Source: a virus. Taken from it: a stretch of DNA of 64,000 bases. Numbering within the stretch: the stretch's first letter is position 1; every line of letters begins with the position of its first letter. A program made the translations under genes and the position numbers. The notes below the pieces were generated by a model. It saw nothing but the letters and a program-made list of their open reading frames with translations. It did no database searches and had not been told where the DNA came from. Below are positions 36,913-47,413 of the stretch, piece by piece. The DNA lies in IMG/VR virus record IMGVR_UViG_3300009550_000013, positions 7,335-71,334 of that record, one strand, 5' to 3'.

Positions 36913-37596
36913 ATGGAAGCTCAAGATTTACAGAAAGATAATTTAAGAGATAGTCACTGGATAGGAGAGGTTGTAGATAACGCAGACCCTCTTTTAGATG
37001 GAAGGTGTAGAGTAAAAGTTTTTGGAAAATTCGATAATATTCCTAATAGCTCTATTCCTTGGGCTAGTCCCTCTAATAGAAATACTCCAGGTGCACATGC
37101 TATTCCAAGAGTTGGAGATATAGTTGCAATTATTTTTGATAATGGAGATATTTATCACCCTGAATATATCTATCAAGTTAATCAAAATTCTGATTTAAAA
37201 TCAGATATTTTATCAGAAAGTGGAGCACCACAAGACTGTATATCTTTAGTATATGATGCTGCTAGAAATCTAAGAGCTTATTATAGTCCTGAAAAAGGTT
37301 TTATAGTAACTACAGGCGTTGGTGCTGAAGAATCTCCCTTAATTCAACTAGATGCTGAAAATAGAATTTATCTTTTTACAGAAAATGAAGTAGAAGTAAA
37401 AGCTCCTAGAACATATATAAACAGCCCTAATATTGAATTAGGAGAACAGGCAGCGGAACAAGTAATTAAAGGAAATACTTTTCAAGCTTTATTTAATGCA
37501 CATACACATGGTAGTGCAGCTCCTGGAGCACCAACCACCCCTCCTATTATACCTTTAAGTGGGGCTGAATTAAGTCAAGTAACTAAAACTCAATAA
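36913..37596 (+). CDS. Baseplate central spike (gp5/gpV-like OB-fold)
   Basis: WIGEVVDNADPLLDGRCRVKVFG...WA...IPRVGD; C-terminal HTH (FNAHTHG) metal-binding tip motif; GATAAATA at 36900. Confidence 0.85.
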   Translation: MEAQDLQKDNLRDSHWIGEVVDNADPLLDGRCRVKVFGKFDNIPNSSIPWASPSNRNTPGAHAIPRVGDIVAIIFDNGDIYHPEYIYQVNQNSDLKSDILSESGAPQDCISLVYDAARNLRAYYSPEKGFIVTTGVGAEESPLIQLDAENRIYLFTENEVEVKAPRTYINSPNIELGEQAAEQVIKGNTFQALFNAHTHGSAAPGAPTTPPIIPLSGAELSQVTKTQ

Positions 37597-37597
37597 A

Positions 37598-38077
37598 ATG
37601 TTAGATAAAAACTCATTAAAATCTAAAATAGAATCAAGAATTAAAGACCTCGAAGAGAAGCTAGCTAAAAAATTAGCAGGTGGTGATAGCAATGTTAGAA
37701 ATGGAGATTTTATTTCTGAAGAATACGGTACTGAAGAGCTAGTTATACCTCCAGCAGGTCTTTATAAGGCACAAAGAGATATAGATAAATGGTATCAAGA
37801 TAATTTAGAACCTCCTGGTGTAAACCAAGATAATTTTAAAAAGAAGCAATGGAAAAACTTTGCAGATCAAATGTCAAAGCAAATATCTAAAGAATTAATT
37901 GATGTTTTATCAAAAGAACTTTCTAAAATTATATCGGAAGAAATAGATGATTATGTAAAAGATGCAGACATTAAATTAACAATACCTTCTGGGTTTTTGC
38001 AACTACAGAGTCCAGCCGGACCTGCAACAAATGCTGCACCTATCACGCTTAGTGCAATGAACTTTACATTAAAATAA
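37598..38077 (+). CDS. Hypothetical protein next to the spike gene
   Basis: Packed ORF. Confidence 0.65.
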   Translation: MLDKNSLKSKIESRIKDLEEKLAKKLAGGDSNVRNGDFISEEYGTEELVIPPAGLYKAQRDIDKWYQDNLEPPGVNQDNFKKKQWKNFADQMSKQISKELIDVLSKELSKIISEEIDDYVKDADIKLTIPSGFLQLQSPAGPATNAAPITLSAMNFTLK

Positions 38078-38082
38078 TAAAA

Positions 38083-38090
38083 GATATATA
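38083..38090 (+). promoter_or_regulatory. Putative late promoter GATATATA
   Basis: Upstream of the S1-domain gene. Confidence 0.5.
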
Positions 38091-38113
38091 CTTAAACCTT
38101 AAAAACAAAAAAA

Positions 38114-39328
38114 ATGATTAACAAATCTGACGCCGAGTGGTATGATGCCAACGGAAATTTTGATTGGGAAGGCTATGAAGCTACATGCCCATCAGTGATT
38201 AGGAAAGGAAATCCTCACATTAAAACAAAAAATCCAAAACACAAAGTATTCTGTAGAGAAAGTTATGCTCAAGAATTATATGACAAATATAATAAACATG
38301 AGGAAGACACCAATACTATTTCTAAAATAGAGCAAGGAAGACAATACTCTGGAGTTATTTATTCCAGTAAAGATAGCGTCGCTACTGTAGATATTGGCTA
38401 TAGACAATTAGTTTTTATTAACCTTCAGAAAGAAGACTCTGTATTTAGAGAATTAGGAAAAACAATAGGAACTGAAGTAGACGTTACGATAACTTCTGAC
38501 CCATTTGATGATTCAGTTTCTTTATATGGCTCATTGACTGAAGGCGCCAGAAAGAAAACTTTTACAGAAATGCAGACTGCAATTAAGACACAAGATACTG
38601 CTTGGAGTGGTAATGTTACTAGAATGATGGAAGAAGCGGGTTATATTGTAAGAGTAAATGGAATAGACTGTTTTATGCCAGGAAGCTTAGCAGGAATAAA
38701 TAAGCTACACGACTTCACTTCTATTTTAGATAAAGATTTATATGTTGTACCTGTAAGTTTTAGTAAAGAAAAAGGAACTATTGTTGTTTCTCATAGGTCA
38801 TATTTAAAAACTTTAATTCCAGAAAGTATTGAAAGGCTTAAAGAAAATTTAACTCAAGAAATTACAGGAACCGTAACAGGAAGTGCGAAATATGGTGTAT
38901 TTTGTGAATTTAATCAGTGTTTAACTGGTATGATTCATGTAAATGATTTAGAGCCTGACGTATTAACGCGCCATAAAAATAGAGAAATTATTGCTGGTGA
39001 AGAAATAACTTTCAGAATTAAAGATATTATTTCTAATGAAAAAATAACGCTTACTCAAAAAGAAGAGTTACAAGTTAATCCATGGTTAAAGATAAATGAA
39101 AAATTTAAACCTAATTCAGAAGTTTTAGCTACGGTAAAATCATGTAAAGATTATGGATTATTTATTGAAATAGAAGAAGGAGTTGTTGGTTTATTACATA
39201 TTAGTGAATTTGAAAACACTGAAGCTTTAAAAGCATATAAACCTAAACATCAGATTAAAGTTATAATAACTAGAATAGAAGAAGACACCAAAAAAGTTTT
39301 CTTAAAACTTCCAGTTGAAGTAGAGTAG
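38114..39328 (+). CDS. Ribosomal protein bS1-like multi-S1-domain protein
   Basis: About four S1/OB repeats: GIDCFMPGS, IVVSHR, YGVFCEF...GMIHVNDL, YGLFIEIEEGVVGLLHISE. Confidence 0.82.
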   Translation: MINKSDAEWYDANGNFDWEGYEATCPSVIRKGNPHIKTKNPKHKVFCRESYAQELYDKYNKHEEDTNTISKIEQGRQYSGVIYSSKDSVATVDIGYRQLVFINLQKEDSVFRELGKTIGTEVDVTITSDPFDDSVSLYGSLTEGARKKTFTEMQTAIKTQDTAWSGNVTRMMEEAGYIVRVNGIDCFMPGSLAGINKLHDFTSILDKDLYVVPVSFSKEKGTIVVSHRSYLKTLIPESIERLKENLTQEITGTVTGSAKYGVFCEFNQCLTGMIHVNDLEPDVLTRHKNREIIAGEEITFRIKDIISNEKITLTQKEELQVNPWLKINEKFKPNSEVLATVKSCKDYGLFIEIEEGVVGLLHISEFENTEALKAYKPKHQIKVIITRIEEDTKKVFLKLPVEVE

Positions 39329-39385
39329 ACTTGCAATATTATATTATTAGATTATTGTGATATATAAAAAAAGTAAAAGTATCAC

Positions 39386-40699
39386 ATGCTCACGTATCAA
39401 ATTGTTAATGACACTCAAAAAGAAGACATTCTAGAAATGGGATTGGTTGGAGTAGAGTTTGAATTTTACTCCAACCTACCTCTTGAAAAAACACGTGAAT
39501 CTCTTTCTTCTCTTTTAAATAAAAAAATTAGAATTGAGGATAAAGCTCACAGTGATTTTAAACCTACTGATAAAGAATTTAAGTTAGAACCTGATATGTC
39601 AGGTGGTAAAGGACTTGTAGAATTAGTTACAGGCGCTATCTCATACGGTAATGCCAGAAAAATGATTATTGATACTTTAGCTTGGATAGATAAGAATGGA
39701 TATACAACTGAAAAATCATCAATTCATTTAAACGTAAGTTTTGATTCTAAAAAAGTTAATAAGCCTGAGTTTATTCAAAGAATGGACCCTTTAAAATTTA
39801 TATTAGATTTTAATGAAGACGAAGTGTATAAAATGTTTCCAAATAGAAAAGATAGTGTATATGCTAAATCTATTAAGTGGTGCGTACCTAAAATAGAAGC
39901 TAGTTATTTTAATGGTCAGCAAATAAATCCTAAATCTTTTGATTTTCCAAAAGAAAAATACTATGGAGTAAACTTTGAAAAATTATCACTCGGTTATTTA
40001 GAATTTAGGTATATTGGAGGTAAAGATTATCAAAAAAAGACTTCAAATGTTTTATATTTATTAGATAGGTTTTTATTTCAATTATGGCATTCTTCCACGA
40101 ATAAAAATTATACTCAATTAAATCTTTTAGAATTAAAGAGGATATTAAATAAAAATGAGCCGTATACTGCAATTCTTAAAGATTTTAAAAAAATAAATAA
40201 ATACTATCCGGAATTAAAATTATCAGTTGACTTAAAAACTTCAGATAAAATAATATCTTTATATTGGGATAAAATAAAATTTAGTGTAGTTAGGTTAATT
40301 AGCCATGGTAGTATTTCTAAAGGATTTATAAATTATGATAGTGATATAGGTAGGGTTCAAATTAAAGATGGTACTTTAGAAAATTGCTTTGATTTAGATA
40401 ATTATGATTTTATAGATTGCCGACTTACTGGAACATTTTCTTTTTGTGATTTTTTTAGAACAGAAATAGAAAATTCAGAATTAAAAAGATGTAATTTTTA
40501 TCAAAATAGCTTAATTAAATCGTCAAAGATAGAATCTAGTTATGTAAGTAAAGAGTGTGAGGCTACAAATTGTTATGTTTATCAATGGGATAGTATATTT
40601 AAAGGCAGAATGATCGGTGGTATATTTAGAAATGGGAAGATAAGTAAGTCTGCAAAATTTGATAAAACTGAAATAATAAATAGTAAAAAAATAAATTAA
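39386..40699 (+). CDS. Putative amidoligase (COOH-NH2 ligase) with C-terminal beta-helix-like region
   Basis: GVEFEF, EPDMS...VELVT, SSIHLNVS, KYYGVN, LEFRYIGG; GATATATA at 39359. Confidence 0.72.
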   Translation: MLTYQIVNDTQKEDILEMGLVGVEFEFYSNLPLEKTRESLSSLLNKKIRIEDKAHSDFKPTDKEFKLEPDMSGGKGLVELVTGAISYGNARKMIIDTLAWIDKNGYTTEKSSIHLNVSFDSKKVNKPEFIQRMDPLKFILDFNEDEVYKMFPNRKDSVYAKSIKWCVPKIEASYFNGQQINPKSFDFPKEKYYGVNFEKLSLGYLEFRYIGGKDYQKKTSNVLYLLDRFLFQLWHSSTNKNYTQLNLLELKRILNKNEPYTAILKDFKKINKYYPELKLSVDLKTSDKIISLYWDKIKFSVVRLISHGSISKGFINYDSDIGRVQIKDGTLENCFDLDNYDFIDCRLTGTFSFCDFFRTEIENSELKRCNFYQNSLIKSSKIESSYVSKECEATNCYVYQWDSIFKGRMIGGIFRNGKISKSAKFDKTEIINSKKIN

Positions 40700-40700
40700 A

Positions 40701-41543
40701 ATGGCGAAAATAAGAACAGGACAGGCTGGTGATTTTGAAAATGAAAGAGATTTTGGAACAGAGTGTTTAAATGATTTTTTAGCTGAAATTGGCTCAGAAA
40801 TTACAGGTGCATGTATGGTTCCTTTAAATTTACCGGAACCAGAAGTAAAAAATATAGTGAAGCGAGCTATTAAATGGTTTAGAAAAAATTATGAATATAG
40901 TTTAAGAGAAAACTATTATCACGTTCCTAAAGAAGTTTTTTCATCTAGTTATTTTAAAGATAACAGATGTGTTAATTTTGCAGAAGCAGGTACTGATGGT
41001 TCTGGAGAGGTTTTTTCTATTTATGGTGTATACGACTTGGCATCTGGATGGAATCAAGGAGGAAGTGGTCTAGACTTAAGATTCACAGAAGGAAATGATT
41101 TTGCAATAGACAAGATGTTATTTAGAAATGCATTTGAAGGAGCAGGGGCTTCGGAATCTGCAGAAGAGTTACAATACTATGTAATTAATCAAAGTTATTT
41201 TGACATGGCTAGACAGATATTAGAAAATCCTTTAAGTTTTCATTATTCTAGATTAACTGGAGAATTAAAATTTATGGGAGATACTCCTAAAGGCGATGTT
41301 ATTTTAGAACTTTATGAAAGTATTCCAGACTGCGCTCTTTATGACGATGAAATCTTTTTTAGATATGTTGCTGCTAAAGTAAAAGTAGCTATAGGTTCTA
41401 AATTATCGGTATTTAAGTTTTCTTTACCAGGCGGTGTAGAAATAGACTATGATGGAATTCTTTCTATGGGACAAGAAGAATTAGAAGCTGTAAAAGAAGA
41501 AATAAAAGGTGATGAAGGAGTAGATTGGATGTTTCACTCTTAA
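40701..41543 (+). CDS. Neck/head-completion protein (T4 gp13-like)
   Basis: C-terminal YVAAKVK...LPGGVEIDYDGI...EELEAVKEEI. Confidence 0.75.
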   Translation: MAKIRTGQAGDFENERDFGTECLNDFLAEIGSEITGACMVPLNLPEPEVKNIVKRAIKWFRKNYEYSLRENYYHVPKEVFSSSYFKDNRCVNFAEAGTDGSGEVFSIYGVYDLASGWNQGGSGLDLRFTEGNDFAIDKMLFRNAFEGAGASESAEELQYYVINQSYFDMARQILENPLSFHYSRLTGELKFMGDTPKGDVILELYESIPDCALYDDEIFFRYVAAKVKVAIGSKLSVFKFSLPGGVEIDYDGILSMGQEELEAVKEEIKGDEGVDWMFHS

Positions 41544-41562
41544 AAAATTAGATAAATAATCT

Positions 41563-41919
41563 ATGGAATTATATGTTAAAACAATAGAAGACCCAAATCA
41601 CGATGTAAATATGGTTCATGTTGAAAATGAGATAGCTCAGCTCATGGTTCAAATAGAAACTATGCTTTTTACAGATAGAGGTACTGTTTTAGGAAGTCCT
41701 AATTTTGGAGCAAGCTTAGAAAGTATGATATATGAGCTAAATGCAAATGGAGAACAAATAAAAAGTCTTATTAACGAACAAATGGACATGTATATACCAT
41801 TAGCTGAAAAATTTGATACTAGAGTAGATGTTACATTCCAAAGAGGGCAAATAAGAGATATTGCAAATATAAATATAACAATAGATGCACAATATTTAGT
41901 TGTGGTCACATTAGAATAA
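41563..41919 (+). CDS. Baseplate wedge subunit (gp25-like)
   Basis: LFTDRGTVLGSPNFGASLESMIYE; size; lies before the gp6-like gene; GATAAATA at 41551. Confidence 0.8.
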   Translation: MELYVKTIEDPNHDVNMVHVENEIAQLMVQIETMLFTDRGTVLGSPNFGASLESMIYELNANGEQIKSLINEQMDMYIPLAEKFDTRVDVTFQRGQIRDIANINITIDAQYLVVVTLE

Positions 41920-41930
41920 TAATTAAAAAA

Positions 41931-43787
41931 ATGGCTGAATTAAAATTTTTAAAGAAAGCAAGAGTTAATGCTAAACAAATATTTGACGATGCTTCAAATT
42001 ACATAGGAAGAGTATATGGTAGGGCAGGAGACTTTCTTACAACAGCTTCTCCATTCGCACAAATATTAGAGGTGATGTCTGAAATGAATGAAATGCTTAT
42101 GTTCTACATAGAAGATTCTACAGTAGAACAAAACATATATACAGCTCAACAACCAGAATCTATATATGGTTTAGCTAGACTTGCAGGGCACGATCCGACT
42201 AGAGGTTTTGCAGCAACCGGAGAAATAAGATTTAGATGGAAACCAGGAGCAGCAACAGATGTTGCAGGTAACAATTTAATAATACCAGTAAATACTAAAA
42301 TAACTTTTGAAAATAATGGACTTACATATTTTTTAAGGACTCAAAAAGATGAATTTCTTTTACCTAAATCTTCTAACGGATGGGTTCAAGCTAGTATTAT
42401 GCAAGGTGAGTTAGAGTCACAAAATGTTACTGGAACTGGAGAAAAACTCCAAAGCTTTAATGTTAAAGTAAGCGGAACAACAGACCATAATCTTATTAAA
42501 GTTTCTGTAAATGGGGAATTATGGACTAAATTTGAAAGTCTTTATGAAATGAGGCCTACTGATAAAGGAGTCTTAATAAAAACTGGTATTAGTGGAGGAA
42601 TTGATATTTATTTCGGTACTGGTAATTTTGGGTTAATTCCACCAAATGGCTCTACTATAGAAATACAATATTTGAAATGTGAAGGGGCTGCTGGTAATTT
42701 GAATCAGTCTGGAGATTTAACTTTTAAATGGAGTGATGAAGGTAGTGATTCTGTAGGAGATGATTACGACTTAAATGAATTATTAGATTCTGAAGTTTTA
42801 GTTTCACCTTTCATGGGAGCAGATCCAGAATCTACTGAATTTACAAAAATGCTTACACCAATGGCTAGTAGAAGTTTTGTATTATCAAACCCTGATAATT
42901 ATGAGTATTTTCTGTCTAAGTATGCTCAATTTAGTTACTTAGACGCATACAACACGACTGAAGATGGTTATTTAGATGACGATAACGTTATTTATATTTT
43001 TGCTATTCCAGATTTAGAAAAAAGACTATTAAGTGGAACTGATTATTTTTCAGTTCCTTTTGAAGAATTCTTTTTTAGTAAAGAAGAGACTGATAGATTT
43101 ATTGGAGTTATAGAAGATAGTGGTCAACAAATGGTTACTAGTGAAGCTGTTTTTGTTGAGCCAAAAGCTGTTAAATACAGAATGGATATATCTATAAGAT
43201 GGTTTGAAGGTTTTAAACAGGAAGATATTTTTAATGACATTAGAGCTGCAATTAGTAATTATTTAATAAAAGTAACACGAAGAGATAAGCTTCCTAAAAG
43301 TGACATTGTTGCATTAATTGAAGGGGTTGAGGGTGTTGATGCCGTAAATGTTCAGTTTGTTTCAAGTATTGAAGAAGAGGCCAGAAGAAATGGATATTAT
43401 ACTTACAAAAAAGTTACAGTTACCCCCACAACACCCGAACTTCTAGGAAAAGAAGGTGAACAAAAAAGATTGGTGTTCTTTAAAAGAACAGAAGAAATTA
43501 AAAAAATAACGCTTGACCAACCAGACATGTTGATTCCTGTATCAGGAGGAGAAAAAGCAATTTCTGATTGGTATGATAAAATAGGTTTAGATAAATATGG
43601 TGATATCATTTTAGATAAAGATGAAGTTGCTGTATTTAGAGGTAACTGGGAAGATAGAGAAGGTAATTTTGTAAAAGATGAACCTTCTACGGGAGAAATG
43701 AGTGCATTGTCAGTTTATTTTGATAATCCTCCAGTTCCTAGAACTATTTATAGCAGAATTCAAGCAGGAAATAGAAGAGGATTATAA
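41931..43787 (+). CDS. Baseplate wedge protein (gp6/J-like)
   Basis: TAQQPESIYGLARLAGH, IYFGTGNFGLIPP, G.AGN, GADPES, DNYEYF. Confidence 0.8.
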   Translation: MAELKFLKKARVNAKQIFDDASNYIGRVYGRAGDFLTTASPFAQILEVMSEMNEMLMFYIEDSTVEQNIYTAQQPESIYGLARLAGHDPTRGFAATGEIRFRWKPGAATDVAGNNLIIPVNTKITFENNGLTYFLRTQKDEFLLPKSSNGWVQASIMQGELESQNVTGTGEKLQSFNVKVSGTTDHNLIKVSVNGELWTKFESLYEMRPTDKGVLIKTGISGGIDIYFGTGNFGLIPPNGSTIEIQYLKCEGAAGNLNQSGDLTFKWSDEGSDSVGDDYDLNELLDSEVLVSPFMGADPESTEFTKMLTPMASRSFVLSNPDNYEYFLSKYAQFSYLDAYNTTEDGYLDDDNVIYIFAIPDLEKRLLSGTDYFSVPFEEFFFSKEETDRFIGVIEDSGQQMVTSEAVFVEPKAVKYRMDISIRWFEGFKQEDIFNDIRAAISNYLIKVTRRDKLPKSDIVALIEGVEGVDAVNVQFVSSIEEEARRNGYYTYKKVTVTPTTPELLGKEGEQKRLVFFKRTEEIKKITLDQPDMLIPVSGGEKAISDWYDKIGLDKYGDIILDKDEVAVFRGNWEDREGNFVKDEPSTGEMSALSVYFDNPPVPRTIYSRIQAGNRRGL

Positions 43788-44056
43788 TGGGACTATACGA
43801 CGATTTATATAGATATAAAAGAGAAAAAAGATATAATTACCAGAAGGTGCGAAAAGACAACAGGCTTAATTTAGGCTATGATTATAAAGATGAACTTATT
43901 AGAAATCATATATCTCCCCATATTTTTAGAAATGATGTTATCAGAACTTTTATAGGTTTTTGTACTGATTACTATATGAATACTATTTTTCAAATACGTA
44001 AAATGAAAAATTGGAAAAACTTTACAGTAAAAAAAGACGATACTAACGTAAGATAA
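43787..44056 (+). CDS. Small baseplate-associated protein
   Basis: Translationally coupled to the gp6-like gene. Confidence 0.6.
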   Translation: MGLYDDLYRYKREKRYNYQKVRKDNRLNLGYDYKDELIRNHISPHIFRNDVIRTFIGFCTDYYMNTIFQIRKMKNWKNFTVKKDDTNVR

Positions 44057-44057
44057 A

Positions 44058-46853
44058 ATGGCAGAATATCCTTATTTAAGATTTTTTAATGGAGTAGAAA
44101 ATGAACTTAATTTAAAAGAAGATATAGTTTCAGGAGTTTTAAAAGGTTCAATATTTTTACCAGAAGTTTCTACAGGACTTTATGAGTCTGCTAACCTTTT
44201 TATTCTTGAAGAACAGAAAGACCCTCAAGGAAATCAAGTATGGGGTACACCTATTTCACATGCAGGTGCTACTGCAGGAACTCAATTTAAAGTTGAGTGG
44301 ATAGAAGATGTATACTCAAGTAAAGATTTATTTTTCTACAATACTAAATTAGAAAATGAAACTGTAAAAATACAAGAATTAGATACCATAAATTTAGATA
44401 CTTTAGACCACACTAATCTTGTTTCAATAGATAGTAATGGCCTTAAAGAAGTTTCAAGCCACATAAACAGCGCAATGCAAGTTAATATAGGGCTATCTTC
44501 TGAAAATGAAGGAAGACATGATAAGTCTTTAAGAATATCAGATGCTTCTGATAATACAGTATTGGCAGAAATTTTAGTTTATGGAGAAACTATAGGAGAA
44601 GATGAAAGGTTAAAAAATCTTTTACAAAATTTAGGAGCTTCTTTAGATGATGGAGATTTTATTATGTTTAAGGAACATGATATTAATGAGTATGGTATTG
44701 ATTGGCGATTAATGAATCAAAAAAGAAGAGAACTTCTTTTAGAATTACACAATATTAAACCTTTTGTTGGAACATATAAAGCAGTACTTAATGCTATTGA
44801 CTTTTTTGGATATAACAATATAACATTAAAGGAGTATTGGCTTAATATAAACCAAGACGGTGCTGCATTTGGAAAACTTCAAGCAGTTCCTGTACCTGAT
44901 ACTAATTCAGGATTTTCATATAAAAAGAGAAAGAAATTTAATTTACCTTCTTCTAATTTAAAAAAGACTTCTAGGTTTTCGTTGGTATATAAACTTAATA
45001 ATCCTACTGGAGAATTTGATATTTGGGATATCCCAGAAGTAGAAGAATCTTTTGATTTTACTCCTGAAGAAGTATTGATAAAATTATATGGATTAAAAAG
45101 CAAATTACAAAAAGATTATTTACCGCTTCAGGCTAAAATTGTAGATATTACAGGAGAAGGAGACTTTTTTGACCAAAAAAATATTAATGTTTGGAATAAT
45201 CAAGAGCCTATTGCTGTTTTTAATGAAGGTAAAGAAGTTGATTTTAAAGTTTATCCAGAAAATAAACAATTATACATAGAAGACTATAAACTAATAACAG
45301 ACTCTAGTATTCTTATAGATTCTAGTAATAATATTATAGGGTTAGAAGAATTTGATGATATTTCTCAAGCGGATAGAGAGTTATTAATATCTGATTTTGA
45401 AGACTTTTATCTAAAATATTACGAAGAAGAAAAAGAAACTTTTAATAACAGTGTTGCTGGATATTATGATATTCCAGTAGGCTCTCCTTTAATTTTAGAA
45501 TGTACTTCTTTACCCCAAACATGGGAAGATGCTGATTTTTGTTGGTTAGATGCCACAGATAATCAAATAACATGGAATAATTGGTGGAAAAGAAATGTTT
45601 ATGAAATTGAATGGGTTGTTACAGGTCCTAGAGATTATTCTCAATCATTTAAAGGAGATATAGGATATTGGGAGACAAATGGTCTTTCTACGCCTAATGA
45701 AGAATTAACATGGCATCCTGAGATGTTAAAACTTGCAATTATAGTACCGTATACAGGAGAATATGACGTTGAATTAAGATTAACTGACTTAAACGGTTTT
45801 ACAAGTTTTTACAAAATAGAATCATTTTTTAATGTAGAAGTAAAACCAATAGAACTTTACGGTGTTTATCAATGGAAGGAAAATACGACATGGAGAAAAT
45901 GGAAGACTTCTTGGGAAAAAAGCGGCGGTTATTGGGACCTACCTACTGAAAACCTAGAAAAAGTAAGAGAAAGCTTTCAAAGTTTGTATCTTACTATGGA
46001 CAGAAGTAATTATATTAATAATGAATCTCAAGGAAAGCAGTTTTCAACAGTAAGAAGATTTATAGATAGTGACCCTGCTAATTTAACAGGATATGGCGAA
46101 ACTACAGGACCTTATACTTGGGATTTTATAGATGATGTTAGATGGAATGACTTTAAACATTGTTGGTGGAATTCTACAAGAATAGGCTCAGATTTAGCAG
46201 CTAGTTTTAAGATATCCACTGCATTTCAAGGTAATGTATTAACAATATCGCATTTCGATCCAGTGAGTAAAGAAACTAAGATAGGGTATCATACTATCAC
46301 GTCTTCTACTCCTACAAATACTGGAGATATTACAGGCTGGGAAGCAATTGCAGATGAATTAAATTCATCTACTGATGAGATTATTTCTAAATTTAATTAC
46401 AATCCTGTTTTTGAAGACACTAATAATAATGGAGCTGTAGATACTTTTAATTTTATAATGTGTGTTGGTAAGAACTATTCGTATTCTTATGATTTTATTG
46501 AAGCTTATTTTAGCATAGGTTCTGGAAGTTCGAATGGATTAGTTATGGGAGATGTTCATTTTACACCCTACAATCCAACATTTGATAACACTCGCATAAT
46601 AAATGGATGCGGAGATATAGAGAGGTCTACCCATGTAACTATCTCGGTAGATAAAACTCAAATGCCTGGTATTAAAAACCCAATATGGAAAATATATAAA
46701 GATACTAACACGGATTATAGTGATATATATTATGATAATATGTGGTTACCGTACATTTTTAAAAAACAAGGGTCTTATAGAATATCTTTGGAGGTTGAAG
46801 ATAGTAATGGTAATAAGAATAGTATCGAAAAAAATATGATAAACGTAAAATAA
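44058..46853 (+). CDS. Large baseplate-associated structural protein (possibly gp7-like, with PKD-like domains)
   Basis: VGTYKAVLNAIDFFGY; two G.Y.V.L motifs; synteny. Confidence 0.55.
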   Translation: MAEYPYLRFFNGVENELNLKEDIVSGVLKGSIFLPEVSTGLYESANLFILEEQKDPQGNQVWGTPISHAGATAGTQFKVEWIEDVYSSKDLFFYNTKLENETVKIQELDTINLDTLDHTNLVSIDSNGLKEVSSHINSAMQVNIGLSSENEGRHDKSLRISDASDNTVLAEILVYGETIGEDERLKNLLQNLGASLDDGDFIMFKEHDINEYGIDWRLMNQKRRELLLELHNIKPFVGTYKAVLNAIDFFGYNNITLKEYWLNINQDGAAFGKLQAVPVPDTNSGFSYKKRKKFNLPSSNLKKTSRFSLVYKLNNPTGEFDIWDIPEVEESFDFTPEEVLIKLYGLKSKLQKDYLPLQAKIVDITGEGDFFDQKNINVWNNQEPIAVFNEGKEVDFKVYPENKQLYIEDYKLITDSSILIDSSNNIIGLEEFDDISQADRELLISDFEDFYLKYYEEEKETFNNSVAGYYDIPVGSPLILECTSLPQTWEDADFCWLDATDNQITWNNWWKRNVYEIEWVVTGPRDYSQSFKGDIGYWETNGLSTPNEELTWHPEMLKLAIIVPYTGEYDVELRLTDLNGFTSFYKIESFFNVEVKPIELYGVYQWKENTTWRKWKTSWEKSGGYWDLPTENLEKVRESFQSLYLTMDRSNYINNESQGKQFSTVRRFIDSDPANLTGYGETTGPYTWDFIDDVRWNDFKHCWWNSTRIGSDLAASFKISTAFQGNVLTISHFDPVSKETKIGYHTITSSTPTNTGDITGWEAIADELNSSTDEIISKFNYNPVFEDTNNNGAVDTFNFIMCVGKNYSYSYDFIEAYFSIGSGSSNGLVMGDVHFTPYNPTFDNTRIINGCGDIERSTHVTISVDKTQMPGIKNPIWKIYKDTNTDYSDIYYDNMWLPYIFKKQGSYRISLEVEDSNGNKNSIEKNMINVK

Positions 46854-46865
46854 AAACAAAAAACA

Positions 46866-47396
46866 ATGGCAGTTATAGAAATTTTAGGAACAGATTCATT
46901 ATCTTCATCAAGAGTGACTATTAATGAAAATTTTAATTCTTTACAGGCAGAAATAGTAGACCTTAAAGCATTATTAGATCCGACAACAAACGCATTAACA
47001 GGTGTTAGTGCAAATTTACTTTCGTTAGTTGTTTCAGGTGCTACTACCTTAGCAGCAGCAAGTTCAACTTCATTTAGTAATACTGGAGAAACATCTCTTG
47101 GAGGAAGTGTAATAAAATCTGGTTCTTATCAGGATATTGCTTCACCTTCAGCGACTTTGCCAGCGAGTTTAACAGAATATAATTATTTTGTTGATTGTAC
47201 AAGTACTCTATCGTTAGTTGCAGGTTCAGAAGGTCAAGAGATTACATTAATAGCAGGAGTTGCAGGAAATGTCGATGCAACGCTCGTCGCAGCAGCTACT
47301 AATATTGCATTAAACAACGTAGGGAGTACATTATCACTAAGATACTTAGGTTCTAGTTGGTATGTTGTAGGCTCACATGACGTTACAATATCTTAA
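46866..47396 (+). CDS. Putative virion structural protein
   Basis: DSLSSSRVTINENF N-terminal motif typical of fibre-attachment modules; Ser/Ala-rich. Confidence 0.6.
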   Translation: MAVIEILGTDSLSSSRVTINENFNSLQAEIVDLKALLDPTTNALTGVSANLLSLVVSGATTLAAASSTSFSNTGETSLGGSVIKSGSYQDIASPSATLPASLTEYNYFVDCTSTLSLVAGSEGQEITLIAGVAGNVDATLVAAATNIALNNVGSTLSLRYLGSSWYVVGSHDVTIS

Positions 47397-47413
47397 TAAA
47401 AAACAATAAGTAA

